64,000 nucleotides of DNA, from assembly GCA_035472835.1 (NCBI GenBank), contig DATIOU010000175.1:39081-103080 (forward strand), in the 5' to 3' direction. The notes beneath the pieces were generated by a model that ran no database searches, was not told the DNA's origin, and saw only the letters and a program-made list of their open reading frames with translations. Shown piece after piece: positions 1 through 8,536 of this stretch; position 1 is the stretch's first letter; each line of letters opens with the position of its first letter. The position numbers were made by a program, and so were the translations under genes. Source of the stretch: Streptosporangiaceae bacterium (GTDB lineage Bacteria > Actinomycetota > Actinomycetes > Streptosporangiales > Streptosporangiaceae).

Positions 1-45
1 CCTGCCTATCACTGAGGCAGCGACCCGTCCCGTCTTGTGCAGCCG

Positions 46-2082
46 TCAGCCCGCGAGAGCCGCCGGGCCTGAGCCGTACGGCACGGCGCCCACGACACCC
101 GACTCGGTGGACGGCGCGGTGAGCAGGGCCTGAACCCCGTGGGTTGAGGGATTGAACCAGATGAGCGAGGAAGTCCCCGGGCAGCTGGTCTGCGCCAGCA
201 CGAGGAGCCGGACGCCGACGGCGGCTACGACCGACGCGTAGTTATTCGTGCTGTTCGGGATGCTGACCGCTGTTTCCGCACCGGTGCCGCTGAGCTGGAG
301 GATCTGCTGACCGCCCTTGCCACTCGGAGCCCCCTGACACACGGCGGACGTGGTGGAGGTGATGTACACGCCGCTGTCGGCCTGCCAGGCGCCGGTGAGG
401 GCCCCGCCGCCGGTAGCCGAGCCGGATATGCCGGTCAGCGGGGTGGGCGTGCCGCCGCCGACCGGGGCTTCCCACAGCCGGCCGGCGGCGGGCTGGCCTG
501 CGGCGTTGCAATACGCCAGGACCGTATCCGCACCCCACCAGCTGACCGGCGTGCACGACTTCGGCGCGCCGGTGCCAAGCATGCGAAGCTTGCGAATCAG
601 GCCGCCGCGGTTGCTCACGAGCTGCATCCCGGCGCCGCTCACGCCCCAGACAGCGGTCGTGCCATCCGGTGAGCTGAGCGCGTTGGCGCGCGCCACATTG
701 GGAGCGCCGCCGGGCCGCGGCATCGTGCCGATCGTCGTCTGGTAGGCGCCTGCGAGGTTGTAGCGCTCGAGGCGATACCTCGCGCTCGCCTGCCGCACGG
801 CCAGGATGTTGAGGCCGTCAGGACGGGTGAACCCGAGGGCGGCAATGCCAGCTGGCAGCGGCAGCGGCGTGAGCTGCCCTGAGGTCAGCGACAGCAGCCC
901 ATAGGATTGCCCGCCGCTGACGCCGTACATCGCTTCCTTTGCGTCACCCGACCAGGCCAGCAGGCCGAGCGGGGCACCGGACGTGGTCCGGATGCGGTAC
1001 TTGCCGCCCTTGGGGTCTACCAGATAGGTGACGTTGGTGCCGGCCGTCACCGATCCGGTGCTGGTCGGCTGCGCGTTCGAGAACTCTGCGAGGGTCCAGC
1101 CCGGGCCGACGAGCGACCACGGAATCGCCAACCGACCGCCTGTCTGGCCAGCCGCCAGCATATGGACAGATGGCTTGGCAGCCGGTCCTGTCGAGGCCGG
1201 CGGGGTAGAGCCGCCAGCTGACTTATTGCCGCCGAGGGCGTAGTAGATCCCGCCTGCCGCGAGGACGGCGACGGCCGTCGCAACGACGATCAGATTCCGC
1301 CGCGAGCGGAGAAGGCGCGGTCCGACCTCACCCGGCCGCCGACTCGCGCCTTGGTACACCGGCTGCCCCGCGGTCGCGCCGGCGAACGGCTCGCCGATCG
1401 TCGCGGTCGGCATCCTGGTCACCTGACCTGGCCAGCCAGGTGTCCCGTCACCGCCGGGCACCGGGCTGCCGTAGGCGGGAGCCGCCCAATCGGCCGTTGC
1501 GCCACCCACTCCGGAGCCATCCACTCCGGAGCCACCGAGACCCGGGCCGCCGCGGGCCGGGCCACTGGCCAGCGCCCCTGCGGCCGCTCCATCTGCAGCC
1601 ACCGAGCCGCCCGGTGACCGGCTGCCGAAGAGGCTGCCCGGCGGCACCTCGGTAGGAATCGCCGCCGCGCCAGCTAGCTGGCCGCCGTCAGCCGGGGCCG
1701 GGCCGGCCGGGTTAAGGCCCGCTGGCCCCGCAGGACGGGGATCGAGCGTCGCGTCTGGATCGGAGAGCTGCTCTGCCGGCGGCCGGGCCGGCCGGAAGAA
1801 GCCTGGCCAGCTCTGCGAGTCGGCACCGGCTACCGGAGCGGCGTCGGTTAGCGAAGTTGCCTCAGCCCGCCGCCGCTCGTAGGCATCCTTGGCTACGCCG
1901 AGCACCCACCCCTCGGGGTCGGGGTACGTCGACACCTCATACCACTGCTGGTAGGCCTTGGCGTACGCCTCACGGACCGCGTGGTCGGCCAGCGGGTCCT
2001 CGCCAGCCAGCGCGTGCATCTGGCTGGTGACGGTCCACGACGTTCGCCCGTAGAACGCGTCGAAGGACTCTGACTGGGACAT
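46..2082 (-). CDS. membrane protein: ECF-sigma region-2-like N-terminal domain, Pro/Gly/Ala-rich linker, single TM helix, C-terminal TolB/WD40-like beta-rich domain
   Basis: ORF 46..2151, start trimmed to ATG at 2082 (MSQSESF..) with GGAGG upstream. N-terminal 'HAVREAYAKAYQQWYEV..DPEGWVLGVAKDAYERRRAE' resembles sigma70 region 2. TM helix 'LIVVATAVAVLAAGGIYYAL'. The C-terminus is beta-rich with repeats such as 'SPDGTTAVWG'. Confidence 0.6.
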   Translation of the reverse strand: MSQSESFDAFYGRTSWTVTSQMHALAGEDPLADHAVREAYAKAYQQWYEVSTYPDPEGWVLGVAKDAYERRRAEATSLTDAAPVAGADSQSWPGFFRPARPPAEQLSDPDATLDPRPAGPAGLNPAGPAPADGGQLAGAAAIPTEVPPGSLFGSRSPGGSVAADGAAAGALASGPARGGPGLGGSGVDGSGVGGATADWAAPAYGSPVPGGDGTPGWPGQVTRMPTATIGEPFAGATAGQPVYQGASRRPGEVGPRLLRSRRNLIVVATAVAVLAAGGIYYALGGNKSAGGSTPPASTGPAAKPSVHMLAAGQTGGRLAIPWSLVGPGWTLAEFSNAQPTSTGSVTAGTNVTYLVDPKGGKYRIRTTSGAPLGLLAWSGDAKEAMYGVSGGQSYGLLSLTSGQLTPLPLPAGIAALGFTRPDGLNILAVRQASARYRLERYNLAGAYQTTIGTMPRPGGAPNVARANALSSPDGTTAVWGVSGAGMQLVSNRGGLIRKLRMLGTGAPKSCTPVSWWGADTVLAYCNAAGQPAAGRLWEAPVGGGTPTPLTGISGSATGGGALTGAWQADSGVYITSTTSAVCQGAPSGKGGQQILQLSGTGAETAVSIPNSTNNYASVVAAVGVRLLVLAQTSCPGTSSLIWFNPSTHGVQALLTAPSTESGVVGAVPYGSGPAALAG

Positions 2083-2219
2083 GTGCTGGTGCACCTCCGA
2101 CCGCGGCACTAGGAGCAGACCCCAGTCGGCTCGCTGCACTAGGACAGGCACACGCGCCGTGGTCAGCGGTTCGATATGCCGGGATCGTTATTAAACTTAT
2201 GAATTCTGGCCAGGCCAGG

Positions 2220-3353
2220 TTAAGCGAGGTTGGCGAGTCGGGTGACCGCAACGTCGATTCGCTCGTCAGTAGCGGTGAGCGCCACCCTGATGTGCCGGAC
2301 GCCGTCGGGCCCGTAGATCTCACCCGGCGCGGCGAGGATGCCAGCCTCGGCTAGCCGCTGCACTGAGCCCCAGCAGTCCAGGTCTGGATGCGCTGCCCAC
2401 AGGTATAGCCCCGCGGCTGAGTGATCGACGGTCCAGCCAGCCGCGGCCAGCGCGGGCCGTAGCCGGTCGCGCCTGGCCGCATACCTGGCGCGCTGCTGTG
2501 CTGCGTGCTTGTCGTCGCTCAGCGCGGCGGCCATCGCCGCCTGGACGGGGGCTGGCACGATGAGGCCCGCGTGCTTGCGGACCTCAAGAAGCTCGGCCAC
2601 GAGCGCCGGATCGCCGGTGACAAACCCCGCCCGGTAGCCGGCCAGGTTGGAACGCTTCGACAGCGAGTGCACGGCTAGCACGCCGTCGTGCGAGCCCCCG
2701 CAGGCGTCCGGGTGGAGCACCGACATTGGCGCGACATCCCAGCCGAGCTCGAGGTAGCACTCGTCCGAGGCGATCAGGGTGCCGCGCTCGCGGCCCCAGC
2801 TGACGACCTTGCGCAGATGATCAGCGGGCAGAACCTGACCTGTCGGGTTCGACGGCGAGTTCAGCCACACCAGCCGGATCCGCTCCGGGCCTAGGGTCAG
2901 CAGGCCGTCCGTGGCTACCGGACGAGCTCCCGCTAGCTGCGCACCCACCCCGTAGGTGGGGTACGCGAGCTTCGGATGCGGGACGATGTCGCCTTCGCCG
3001 CAGCCGAGGAGCGTGGGCAACGAGGCGATGAACTCTTTAGTGCCGATGACCGGCAGCACGGCGGCCGGATCGACACTGACGCCGTGCCGCCTCGATAGCC
3101 AGCCCGCCGCTGCTTCCCGAACGGCTGCCGTCCCGGCCGTCGGGGGATAGCCAGGGGAATTGCCGGCGGCGCGCAGCGCGGCCCGGACGAGGTCGGGTAC
3201 GGGGTCCACCGGCGTGCCGACCGACAGGTCGACGATCCCGCCTGGATGCGCTCGGGCCAGCTCTGCGGCCGGCGCCAGCGCGTCCCACGGAAAGGCCGGA
3301 AGCCGCGCGGCAACCGTCGCTGGCCCCTGCTTCATTGCTCGGCTGACCGTCAC
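2220..3353 (-). CDS. dapC: succinyldiaminopimelate aminotransferase (class I PLP aminotransferase)
   Basis: 377-aa ORF with the PLP-lysine motif 'SLSKRSNLAGYRAGF'. It sits directly downstream of fdxA and near dapD, as in other actinobacteria. Confidence 0.8.
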   Translation of the reverse strand: MTVSRAMKQGPATVAARLPAFPWDALAPAAELARAHPGGIVDLSVGTPVDPVPDLVRAALRAAGNSPGYPPTAGTAAVREAAAGWLSRRHGVSVDPAAVLPVIGTKEFIASLPTLLGCGEGDIVPHPKLAYPTYGVGAQLAGARPVATDGLLTLGPERIRLVWLNSPSNPTGQVLPADHLRKVVSWGRERGTLIASDECYLELGWDVAPMSVLHPDACGGSHDGVLAVHSLSKRSNLAGYRAGFVTGDPALVAELLEVRKHAGLIVPAPVQAAMAAALSDDKHAAQQRARYAARRDRLRPALAAAGWTVDHSAAGLYLWAAHPDLDCWGSVQRLAEAGILAAPGEIYGPDGVRHIRVALTATDERIDVAVTRLANLA

Positions 3354-3365
3354 GGGACAGCCGGT

Positions 3366-3692
3366 CTAGTGCTCGGTCTCCTGCGGTGGCAGCGCCGCGA
3401 CGATCGGGTGATCGCTGTTGATCTTGCCGACCTTCGAAGCGCCACCCGGTGAGCCGAGGTCGGCGAAGAACTCTACGTTCGCCTTGTAGTAGTCCTTCCA
3501 CTGATCCGGCACGTCGTCCTCGTAGAAGATGGCCTCGACCGGGCATACGGGCTCGCACGCGCCGCAGTCCACGCACTCATCAGGGTGGATATAGAGCATC
3601 CGCTCGCCCTCGTAGATGCAGTCGACCGGGCACTCTTCGATGCAGGCCTTGTCGAGCACATCGACGCAAGGCTGCGTGATGATGTAGGTCAC
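3366..3692 (-). CDS. fdxA: 7Fe ferredoxin
   Basis: 'VTYIITQPCVDVLDKACIEECPVDCIYEG..HPDECVDCGACEPVCPVEAI' carries the [3Fe-4S]/[4Fe-4S] Cys motifs. GTG start at 3692 is preceded by GGAAGAGGAGAA. The 83-aa N-terminal extension in the ORF track is rejected. Confidence 0.9.
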   Translation of the reverse strand: MTYIITQPCVDVLDKACIEECPVDCIYEGERMLYIHPDECVDCGACEPVCPVEAIFYEDDVPDQWKDYYKANVEFFADLGSPGGASKVGKINSDHPIVAALPPQETEH

Positions 3693-3828
3693 TTCCGCGT
3701 TCTCCTCTTCCGTCCGCGCCCTGGTGCACTCCGCGGTGCGGCTGACCCAAGTTTCGCGGCCTGACACCAGTATCGCGTCCCCGGCGGGATGGGGGGCACG
3801 CAGCCGACCCTTTGGGGATCGCAGGCTA

Positions 3829-4695
3829 TCAGCCGAACACCAGGGCGTTTGGCGCAGCCCGCGGGCGTGTCCCGGCCGGCTCTCTGGTCCAGTGCCCGGC
3901 GCCAGTGAAGCCGAGCCACTTGTATCCCTGATACCGGACATATGTGATGCCGTACGTCGATGCGTTGGCCGCCAGCCAGGACGCTATCGCCCAGCCCTGC
4001 CGCGTATCGCGCACCGTGATCGTCTCCGCGGGATCGCCGCTCGACCGTCGAGGCAACGGCCCGAATGCGCTGGTCAGCGTGCGGCTCGCGGCTAGGAGCC
4101 GGGGTTTCCCCGGCGCCGATGCGTACGTGCACCACACCCCGCGCGGCTCTGACCCGCTGAACGCGGACGCCATCTCTGAGCCCATGTCCGAGTACTGGGC
4201 GTAGGCAGTGCCGTCGGCACTGTGCTGCACGGCCTGCGCCGCCTTGTAGATCGGGATCCGCAGGTAGCCGGACACCGCCGCGAGCGCTTCGAAGAACCGG
4301 CCCGTCGCGTACACCGGGTCCTCGATCTGCTTCGTGGTCCCCCAGCCCTCTGACGGCCGCTGCTGGAATACGCCGACCGAGTCCCGGTCACCGTAGTGCA
4401 GGTTGGAGAGCTTGGACTCCTGGAGCGCGGTCGCGTACGCAATTGCCACCGCGCGGTCGGGCATGTGCCGCTTGCTGGCCACGCCCGCGATCGTCGCCGC
4501 GATGGCGGCCTGATCGGTGCTCAGTTCAAGGCCCTGGCCGCCCGGTCCGGCGACGCACGCAGTCACCCGGTTATTCACTTGCGGCGACGGCTTCAGCGCC
4601 AGGTAGGCGACGACGCCGACGACGATGACGATGATGATGCCGGCCGCGGAACTGGACCGCCGATCGCTTCGGGCGGGCTTGCGCTGGGTCGGCAC
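3829..4695 (-). CDS. conserved membrane-anchored secreted protein, possible lysozyme/SLT-like fold
   Basis: 288-aa ORF with N-terminal TM 'AAGIIIVIVVGVVAYLAL'. The motif 'ALQESKLSNLHYGDRDSVGVFQQRP' is reminiscent of the E-S...G-L-M-Q pattern of lytic transglycosylases. Function not established. Confidence 0.6.
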   Translation of the reverse strand: MPTQRKPARSDRRSSSAAGIIIVIVVGVVAYLALKPSPQVNNRVTACVAGPGGQGLELSTDQAAIAATIAGVASKRHMPDRAVAIAYATALQESKLSNLHYGDRDSVGVFQQRPSEGWGTTKQIEDPVYATGRFFEALAAVSGYLRIPIYKAAQAVQHSADGTAYAQYSDMGSEMASAFSGSEPRGVWCTYASAPGKPRLLAASRTLTSAFGPLPRRSSGDPAETITVRDTRQGWAIASWLAANASTYGITYVRYQGYKWLGFTGAGHWTREPAGTRPRAAPNALVFG

Positions 4696-4757
4696 GTTAT
4701 GAAGCTACCCGGTCCGGCCGCTGGCAGCCGCTGCTACTGGCATTAGGCTCCGTCGCT

Positions 4758-5609
4758 ATGACAGACCACGCTGCAGCCGGCGCCGTGCCCTCCGACCTGC
4801 CGGCCGAAATCGACGAGCTCTGGGCTCGGCGCGCCGACCTGACGCCCGCCGACGCGGTCGCCAGGGACCTGGTCGAGTCGGCAGTCGACATGATCGACGT
4901 AGGCCAGGGACGCGTCGCCTGGCCTGATCCCGACTCGGGCGAGATCGTCGTCGATGAGCGGGCTAAGCGCGCGATCCTGCTCGCGTTCAAGGTGATGCCG
5001 ATGGTGGAGTCGGAGGTCGGGGACTTCCGCTACAACGATCGCGTGCCGCTGACGACAAGACTTGACGGCGTTCGGAGCCTCCCGGGCTCGATCGTCCGAT
5101 GGGGCGCGTACGTCGCGCCCGGCGCGGTGCTGATGCCGTCGTTCGTCAACATCGGCGCATACGTCGATGCGGGAACGATGGTCGACACCTGGGCCACCGT
5201 CGGATCCTGCGCCCAGATCGGCAAGAACGTCCACCTAGCCGGCGGCGTCGGCATCGGGGGCGTGCTCGAACCGCCGAACGCGGTTCCTGTCGTCGTCGAG
5301 GACGACGCCTTCATCATGTCCCGGTGCATGGTCGTCGAGGGTGCGCGCGTCCGGACCGGCGCGGTGCTCGGGGCCGGCACGATCCTCAGCAAGTCCACGC
5401 ACGTGATCGACGTGCAGACGGGCGAGGAACTGCCGCGCGGCGAGGTCCCGGCCTATTCCGTCTGCGTCGGCGGCACGCGGACGCGGAAGTTCGATGGCGG
5501 CGAGTTCGGCATGCCGTGCGTTCTCGTGCTGAGGCGCCTGGACGAGGGCGCCCGGCACGACAAGGCGGCCCTCAACGACATCCTCCGCGATCACGGCGTC
5601 AGTTCCTAA
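4758..5609 (+). CDS. dapD: 2,3,4,5-tetrahydropyridine-2,6-dicarboxylate N-succinyltransferase
   Basis: Hexapeptide-repeat region 'MPSFVNIGAYVDAGTMVDTWATVGSCAQIGKNVHLAGGVGIGGVLEPP' is typical of DapD. Confidence 0.85.
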   Translation: MTDHAAAGAVPSDLPAEIDELWARRADLTPADAVARDLVESAVDMIDVGQGRVAWPDPDSGEIVVDERAKRAILLAFKVMPMVESEVGDFRYNDRVPLTTRLDGVRSLPGSIVRWGAYVAPGAVLMPSFVNIGAYVDAGTMVDTWATVGSCAQIGKNVHLAGGVGIGGVLEPPNAVPVVVEDDAFIMSRCMVVEGARVRTGAVLGAGTILSKSTHVIDVQTGEELPRGEVPAYSVCVGGTRTRKFDGGEFGMPCVLVLRRLDEGARHDKAALNDILRDHGVSS

Positions 5610-5701
5610 GGCAGGGAACGGGGCCGACGTCGTTCCCCGCCGTTGGACGTGTCGTCGGCCGGTCCTGGACGCCTGGTCAGCTCGCGATGTAACGTGTCTT
5701 C

Positions 5702-6049
5702 GTGGATCAGGTATCACGCGACGAGATCGGGGCATCCGTCGCTGCGCACGCTGAACTCGGGGACGACTACGAGCACGCGGTGGCCGAGGGCCTCGTCGAC
5801 CGGATCGGCGCGGAGGTTGACCGCCGGGTCGACGCCCGGCTGTCCAGTGCATCCCGGCGCGCCCTCCGGGGCAGGCAGCCGGGAACGTTCGCAACGGTCG
5901 TCATGGGCCTCGGCTCGATGGGCCTTGGCGTCGGCGCGACGGCGGTCGTGCTAGGCAACGCGCATAACACTGGTGCAGCGTCCATCATGGTGCTGGTGAT
6001 CTGGGCCGCCATCGCCATCATCAACGTGACTTTCGGTAACCGTCGCTAG
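5702..6049 (+). CDS. small membrane protein, unknown function
   Basis: 115-aa ORF with GTG start. Charged N-terminal half, then two hydrophobic segments ('VVMGLGSMGLGVGATAVVLG', 'IMVLVIWAAIAIINVTF'). Confidence 0.5.
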   Translation: MDQVSRDEIGASVAAHAELGDDYEHAVAEGLVDRIGAEVDRRVDARLSSASRRALRGRQPGTFATVVMGLGSMGLGVGATAVVLGNAHNTGAASIMVLVIWAAIAIINVTFGNRR

Positions 6050-6113
6050 CCGTAAACCTGCCTGCCTGGGTGTCTCGGCTGATGAGGTCGTCGCGGCCGC
6101 TACCTTATGGGCC

Positions 6114-6893
6114 ATGAGCCTGCACTCCGACCCCAGGCGCCGGCTGCGTCGCCAGGGTCCCGCAACTCTGCGGGGCAAGCACATCCCGAAGACGACGACC
6201 GACCAGCGACTGCTCGACTGGCGCGGGCCCAGCGACTGGGTGCATACCGATCCCTGGCGAGTGTTGCGGATCCAGGCTGAGTTTGTCGAGGGCTTCGGAT
6301 TGCTGGCCGAGCTCGGGCAGGCTGTCTCCGTTTTCGGCTCGGCCCGGACACTGCCTGGCACCGCCGACTACGAGTGCGCCGAGCAGATCGGCATGGGCCT
6401 GGCCAAGGCGGGTTACGCCGTCATCACCGGGGGCGGACCCGGCATTATGGAGGCGGCGAACAGGGGGGCGACGAGCGCCGGGGGCGTCTCCGTCGGACTC
6501 GGCATCGAGCTGCCGCTCGAACAGGGCCTGAACGAGTACGTCGAGATCGGGCTGGAGTTCCGGTACTTCTTCGTCCGAAAGACGGTGTTCGTCAAGTACT
6601 CGCAGGCGTTCGTCGTGCTGCCGGGCGGCTTCGGCACGCTCGATGAGCTGTTCGAGGCCGTGACGCTGGTGCAGACCGGCAAGATCACCCGGTTCCCGAT
6701 CGTCCTGGTCGGCAGCGAGTACTGGCAGGGCCTGCTGTCGTGGATCACCGGAACGGTACAGCCCGCGGGCAAGATCTCGGCTCTCGATCCAGATCTGATC
6801 AGGGTGGCGGACGACCCGGCGGAGGTCGTGCGGATCATCACCGAAGCGCACAGCTTGGCCGCGGGCCGGCAGAATTTCACCGAGATGACCTGA
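6114..6893 (+). CDS. LOG family / TIGR00730 Rossmann-fold nucleotide-binding protein
   Basis: Motifs 'GGGPGIMEAANRGA' and 'PGGFGTLDELFE'. Confidence 0.85.
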   Translation: MSLHSDPRRRLRRQGPATLRGKHIPKTTTDQRLLDWRGPSDWVHTDPWRVLRIQAEFVEGFGLLAELGQAVSVFGSARTLPGTADYECAEQIGMGLAKAGYAVITGGGPGIMEAANRGATSAGGVSVGLGIELPLEQGLNEYVEIGLEFRYFFVRKTVFVKYSQAFVVLPGGFGTLDELFEAVTLVQTGKITRFPIVLVGSEYWQGLLSWITGTVQPAGKISALDPDLIRVADDPAEVVRIITEAHSLAAGRQNFTEMT

Positions 6894-6970
6894 TCGGGGC
6901 CATCCGGCTGGGACCGGCGCCTGGCAGCGGTGTTGCATCAGCAGCCCGTCGGCCGTGGCACGATTGCGGT

Positions 6971-7420
6971 GTGATCGTTGCCATTGTGATTGCCGCTGTC
7001 GTCATCCTGGGCGGCATCGTCGTGGTTGCCAAGGGCAAGGGCGGCGAGCTGGCGATGGATCGGCTGGAGCTGCCGAGCCGCACGGACTTCCAGTCCTCGG
7101 CGGATGTCGCCGACTACCGGCCGCCGGCCGCGCTGATCGGCTACAGCCCGATAGCGACCGAACACGCTCTGGCGATGATCGCCCGCACCATTTCCGAGCG
7201 AGACGCAGAGATCGACTGGCTGCGCCGACGTCTGGCGGAGCTCCAGCCCGAGAGCCTGGCCGACGAGCCGAGCGAGGCAGCGGCGACCGCGGCGGCGGAG
7301 TCGCTGATCGATGCAGAGCTACCTGAAGCCGACGTGAGGTGGCAGGCCGGCAGCACCCCATCGGGTGTCGCGAACGGGTTCGCCTCGCCCCAGCCCGTCA
7401 GTCACGGCGAGGACGAATGA
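6971..7420 (+). CDS. DivIVA-domain-like membrane protein
   Basis: In-frame GTG at 6971 opens with TM 'VIVAIVIAAVVILGGIVVVA'. It is followed by 'GYSPIATEHALAMIARTISERDAEIDWLRRRLAEL' (DivIVA-like coiled coil). The stop overlaps the tag start (ATGA). Exact start uncertain. Confidence 0.55.
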   Translation: MIVAIVIAAVVILGGIVVVAKGKGGELAMDRLELPSRTDFQSSADVADYRPPAALIGYSPIATEHALAMIARTISERDAEIDWLRRRLAELQPESLADEPSEAAATAAAESLIDAELPEADVRWQAGSTPSGVANGFASPQPVSHGEDE

Positions 7421-7998
7421 CGACAGGGGGGCCGATCCCGGGTCCGGACGGCCTGCTGCGCTGTCCCTGGGGCCTGAACACGCCGGAATACGTCCGCTAC
7501 CACGACGAGGAGTGGGGCCGCGAGGTCCACGACGACACCGTGATGTTCGAGCGCGTGTGCCTGGAGGGGTTCCAATCCGGCCTGTCGTGGCTGACGATCT
7601 TGCGCAAGCGGGAGAACTTCCGCCGGGCGTTCCACGGCTTCGACATGGCCGCGGTCGCCGCCTTCGGTCCCGATGAGGAGGCCCGGCTGCTTGGCGACGC
7701 CGGCATCGTGCGCAACCAGGCCAAGATCGAAGCCGCTATCGCCAACGCAAGAGCAGCGCTCGAACTGCCCGGAGGCCTTGCCGCGCGCGTCTGGAAGTAC
7801 GCCAGCGACGCGGTTCCGGCGCCGGTCACGCTGGCCGATGTGCCAGCCGTGACGCCTGCCTCTAAGGCGCTGTCTAAGGACTTGCGCAAGGCCGGCTTCC
7901 GGTTCACCGGACCTGTCACGGTGTACGCGACGATGCAGGCCTGCGGCGTCGTCAACGACCACCTGGCGGACTGCGCGTTCCGCAACGCGCTGTCGTAG
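7417..7998 (+). CDS. tag: DNA-3-methyladenine glycosylase I
   Basis: 'CPWGLNTPEYVRYHDEEWGREVHDD..FERVCLEGFQSGLSWLTILRKRENFRRAF'. ATG at 7417 overlaps the upstream stop. Confidence 0.9.
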   Translation: MTTGGPIPGPDGLLRCPWGLNTPEYVRYHDEEWGREVHDDTVMFERVCLEGFQSGLSWLTILRKRENFRRAFHGFDMAAVAAFGPDEEARLLGDAGIVRNQAKIEAAIANARAALELPGGLAARVWKYASDAVPAPVTLADVPAVTPASKALSKDLRKAGFRFTGPVTVYATMQACGVVNDHLADCAFRNALS

Positions 7999-8468
7999 GC
8001 GCTCACCCGCGAGCACAGTCGCGCATGACTGCCGGGTCGCGGTCTGGCCACACGAAACGGCCCGACCGCAACTCGGCAATCCTGCGCTCGCGGCCTTCAT
8101 GACCGCCTGGACAATTCGCGTCGTCGTGGCGCCGCGTTAAGGGTGGCCGTTGTCTTGCTTTCTGATCACGGCCGTGTTAATGCGCCGCCGTCGCGCGAAT
8201 TCGGCGGGTCATATGCGATCTTGATTCTTATAGCAAAGCGGGCACCACGGAATGGCTGTCGCGTTATATCGCGGCTGTCGGAGGGCATACGCGGTGCATA
8301 CGTGCTCGGTGCCGCTGGATATTGGGCTCGGTTGGGGCTTGCAGGGTCTAGCACACATCGCTACGACGCGCAAGAATGTCAACGCCAACAAGCTGCACGA
8401 CGCGAGCTGGCTAGGCGGGATGTGACCGACCTCTCCGGCCATTTTGTCGCGACATTAACCGGATCCCA

Positions 8469-8496
8469 TTGCGAAACTTCGCACAATGCACATAAT
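8469..8496 (+). promoter_or_regulatory. putative housekeeping-sigma-type promoter (TTGCGA-N16-CATAAT)
   Basis: TTGCGA at 8469-8474 and CATAAT at 8491-8496, about 40 nt upstream of the ATG at 8537, which has a GGGAGGGCGGAGGA Shine-Dalgarno region. Pattern match only. Confidence 0.25.
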
Positions 8497-8536
8497 CTGA
8501 GCCTCACGTAAGCCTTACTCGGGAGGGCGGAGGAGC

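Noticed and set aside
3693-3941. 83-aa N-terminal extension of the ferredoxin ORF
   Set aside because: 7Fe ferredoxins start at 'TYIITQPC'. GTG 3692 has a strong Shine-Dalgarno region, and the extension overlaps the 3' end of the neighbouring gene (3829..4695).
8143-8511. 122-aa ORF in the AT-richer gap upstream of the HATPase_c_2-like gene
   Set aside because: It has no recognisable motif or ribosome-binding site, and its composition is atypical for coding regions of this genome. I treat it as non-coding, but see the finding on this gap.
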